From Candidatus Omnitrophota bacterium (GTDB taxonomy: Bacteria > Omnitrophota > Gorgyraeia > JABMRN01 > RBG-13-46-9): a stretch of DNA of 61,374 bases. Every line of letters starts with the position of its first letter. Position 1 is the stretch's first letter. A program made the translations under genes and the position numbers. This document shows, one piece after another, positions 59,114-61,374 of this stretch. The stretch spans positions 1 to 61,374 of the forward strand of contig JABMQJ010000015.1 in assembly GCA_013203315.1 (NCBI GenBank), in the 5' to 3' direction. The notes beneath the pieces are model-generated. The model did not search any database, was not told the DNA's origin, and worked only from the letters and a program-made list of their open reading frames with translations.

Positions 59114-60372
59114 GGCATCTGAAAAAGGTAGATCCCGAAATTTTTAAAGCTATCTTAAAGGAAACCAAACGCCAGAATGATAAACTGGAACTCATAGCCA
59201 GTGAGAATTTCGTTTCAAGAGCCGTCATGGAAGCCGAGGCGAGCGCCATGATTAACAAATATGCCGAAGGCTATCCGGGCAAACGCTGGTATTCGGGATG
59301 CGAGTTTGTTGATACCGCAGAGCGTATTGCGATAGAAAGGGCGAAAAATCTATTCGGTGCCGAACATGCAAATGTTCAACCTCATTCCGGTTCGCAGGCC
59401 AACCAGGCAGTTTATTTCTCGATGCTCAATATAGGCGACACGGTTCTGGCGATGGATTTAAGATGCGGCGGCCACCTGACGCACGGCCATAATCATAATT
59501 TTTCAGGTAAATATTTTAACGTCATACATTACTGCGTAGATAAAAAGACAGAAATGCTCGATTATGATGTAATCAGTAATCTTGCAAAAATTCACAAACC
59601 AAAAATGATACTAACCGGCGCCAGCGCATACCCGCGGATCATAGATTTCAAAAAATTTAGAAAAATATGCGACGAAGTAGGCGCATTTTTAATGGTGGAT
59701 ATGGCTCATATCGCGGGCCTTGTAGCAGCCGGTCTTCACCCGAACCCCGTTAAATACGCGGAATTCGTTACTACCACCACGCATAAAACAATGCGCGGCC
59801 CGCGCTCCGGTGTAATTTTATGTAAAAAAAGATTTGCGAAAAAAATTGACGCCCAAGTTTTCCCGGGGATCCAGGGCGGTCCGTTCATGCATGTCATAGC
59901 AGCGAAGGCGGTTTGTTTTAAAGAAGCCCTCGAACCCTCCTTTAAAAAATATCAGGACCAGATTATAAAAAACGCAAAAGCGCTTGCCAAAGGTCTTTCC
60001 GAAAAGGGATATAGAATTGTATCGGGTGGCACGGACAATCACCTGCTTTTGGTCGACCTTTCGAATAAAAACCTTACGGGAAAATGTGCAAGCCAAATCT
60101 TAGATGACGTCGGCATAACCATTAATAAAAACCTTATTCCTTTCGACAAACGAAGCCCGGCTATTACAAGCGGCATTCGTCTTGGAACACCTGCCCTCAC
60201 TACGCGTGGGATGGGGGAGAAAGAGATGCTCGTGATAGCCGAGTTAATCAATATAGCGCTAATGAATTCGGCAAACGGCAAAAGTCTTTCTTTAGTGAAA
60301 GAAGAAGTAAGGAAGCTTACCAAAAGATTTCCTCTTTATCAGGACTTAATAAAGGAATTAGAAAAAACCTAA
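59110..60372 (+). CDS. glyA: serine hydroxymethyltransferase
   Basis: [39 protein letters not shown]. Start ATG 59110. Confidence 0.97.
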   Translation: MRHLKKVDPEIFKAILKETKRQNDKLELIASENFVSRAVMEAEASAMINKYAEGYPGKRWYSGCEFVDTAERIAIERAKNLFGAEHANVQPHSGSQANQAVYFSMLNIGDTVLAMDLRCGGHLTHGHNHNFSGKYFNVIHYCVDKKTEMLDYDVISNLAKIHKPKMILTGASAYPRIIDFKKFRKICDEVGAFLMVDMAHIAGLVAAGLHPNPVKYAEFVTTTTHKTMRGPRSGVILCKKRFAKKIDAQVFPGIQGGPFMHVIAAKAVCFKEALEPSFKKYQDQIIKNAKALAKGLSEKGYRIVSGGTDNHLLLVDLSNKNLTGKCASQILDDVGITINKNLIPFDKRSPAITSGIRLGTPALTTRGMGEKEMLVIAELINIALMNSANGKSLSLVKEEVRKLTKRFPLYQDLIKELEKT

Positions 60373-60827
60373 TGAAAAATCAAATGCGTCCGAACTGGGA
60401 TGAATATTTTTTATCCATAGCAAAACTTGTTTCAAAGAGATCCACCTGTTTAAGAAGAAAAGTCGGAGCGGTTTTAGTGAAGAATAAAAGAATTCTTGCC
60501 ACAGGTTATAACGGTGCCCCCTCCGGCATAAAGCATTGTGAAAAAACAGGTTGTCTCCGGGAAAAGTTAAGAGTCCCGTCAGGCCAGCGGCACGAATTAT
60601 GCCGCGGGTTACACGCCGAGCAAAATGCGCTTCTTCAGGCAGCCCTTCACGGTGTGAGCGTACAGGGCGGCAAGATGTACGCTACAAGCCAACCATGCAT
60701 CATATGCGCGAAAATGCTTATAAATGCCGGCATAGAAGAAATCGCGATTTCGGGCCATTATCCGGATAAGATGGCAAAAGAATTCCTGAAAGAAGCCGGA
60801 ATAAAGGTGAGGGTGCTTAAAAAATGA
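60372..60827 (+). CDS. dCMP deaminase (ComEB family)
   Basis: RP.WDEYF, RSTC.RR.VGA, TGYNG, HAEQNA, PCIIC. Confidence 0.92.
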   Translation: MKNQMRPNWDEYFLSIAKLVSKRSTCLRRKVGAVLVKNKRILATGYNGAPSGIKHCEKTGCLREKLRVPSGQRHELCRGLHAEQNALLQAALHGVSVQGGKMYATSQPCIICAKMLINAGIEEIAISGHYPDKMAKEFLKEAGIKVRVLKK

Positions 60828-61273
60828 AGTGTCCCTATTGCCGCGGTAAAAGGGATAAGGTCGTTGATTCCCGTTCCATTCGCGGAAGCCAGGCAATTCG
60901 TAGGCGCAGGGAATGCCTGAAATGCCACAAAAGATACACCACCTACGAATACGTCGAAGAAATTCCAATCATGGTTATAAAATCAGACGGCCGCCGCGAG
61001 CCGTTCGACAGACAAAAGATTTTAAGCGGTCTCATTAAGGCTTGCGAAAAAAGGCCGATTTCCGTAGAAAAACTGGAAAATATCGTAACAAAAATCGGAG
61101 CCCAACTCCAGAATAAATTCGTAAAAGAAGTGAAATCCAAAATTGTTGGCGAGATAGTTATGAAGTCCCTGCGCTCTCTCGACGAAGTCGCCTACGTGCG
61201 ATTCGCCTCTGTATACCGCCAATTCCGCGACGTATCACAATTTACCAGAGAACTCAAAACCTTCCTGAAATAA
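60824..61273 (+). CDS. nrdR: transcriptional repressor NrdR
   Basis: MKCPYC, VVDSR, RRRREC..C..RYTTYE, ATP cone, [11 protein letters not shown]. Confidence 0.97.
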   Translation: MKCPYCRGKRDKVVDSRSIRGSQAIRRRRECLKCHKRYTTYEYVEEIPIMVIKSDGRREPFDRQKILSGLIKACEKRPISVEKLENIVTKIGAQLQNKFVKEVKSKIVGEIVMKSLRSLDEVAYVRFASVYRQFRDVSQFTRELKTFLK

Positions 61274-61374
61274 CAAATCTTTCGCTTTTCCCAAACTTAC
61301 GGAATGAGAGGGTATTGGTGAGGGCGGCATGGCACTAACGACGGAGCTCTTTCTTCTTCAAAAAATTGTAGTAA

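Noticed and set aside
61274-61374. Start of another gene or NrdR box after nrdR
   Set aside because: ATG 61329 closes after 13 codons; no convincing NrdR-box match by eye.

Overview
Bacterial chromosomal window, almost entirely on the + strand. The gene content (Rnf complex, MsbA-like ABC, GT9 and O-antigen-ligase-like domains) fits an anaerobic diderm; an Omnitrophota/PVC-like origin is only a guess. (1) 1-12.4 kb: accessory region with glycosyltransferases, a GT-like gene flanked by two copies of an 81-bp MITE-like repeat, two paralogous membrane-anchored TPR proteins with different C-termini (O-antigen-ligase-like versus a tandem beta-rich repeat), a PilZ protein, a HAMP-GGDEF diguanylate cyclase, a glycine-zipper protein and a CNNM/CBS protein. 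(2) 12.6-40.3 kb: large surface-polysaccharide cluster (ABC flippase-like exporter, about 15 GT genes including multi-domain fusions, Wzy-like polymerase, acetyl- and carbamoyltransferases, WecA-like and PglC-like initiators). (3) 40.4-50 kb: tRNA-Phe, tRNA-Thr, a palindromic REP-like element, an MFS transporter, a small protein with two CCxxC repeats divergent from rnfCDGEAB-trxA, and an sxtIJK-like carbamoyltransferase cassette. (4) 50-61.3 kb: housekeeping genes (purN, eno, ftsB, initiator tRNA, purBCMDE, tsaC, LMW phosphatase, rpiB, glyA, dCMP deaminase, nrdR). The best candidate for an undescribed system is the TPR-paralog/PilZ/GGDEF module next to the glycan cluster. All product calls come from motifs read by eye; no database searches were run.
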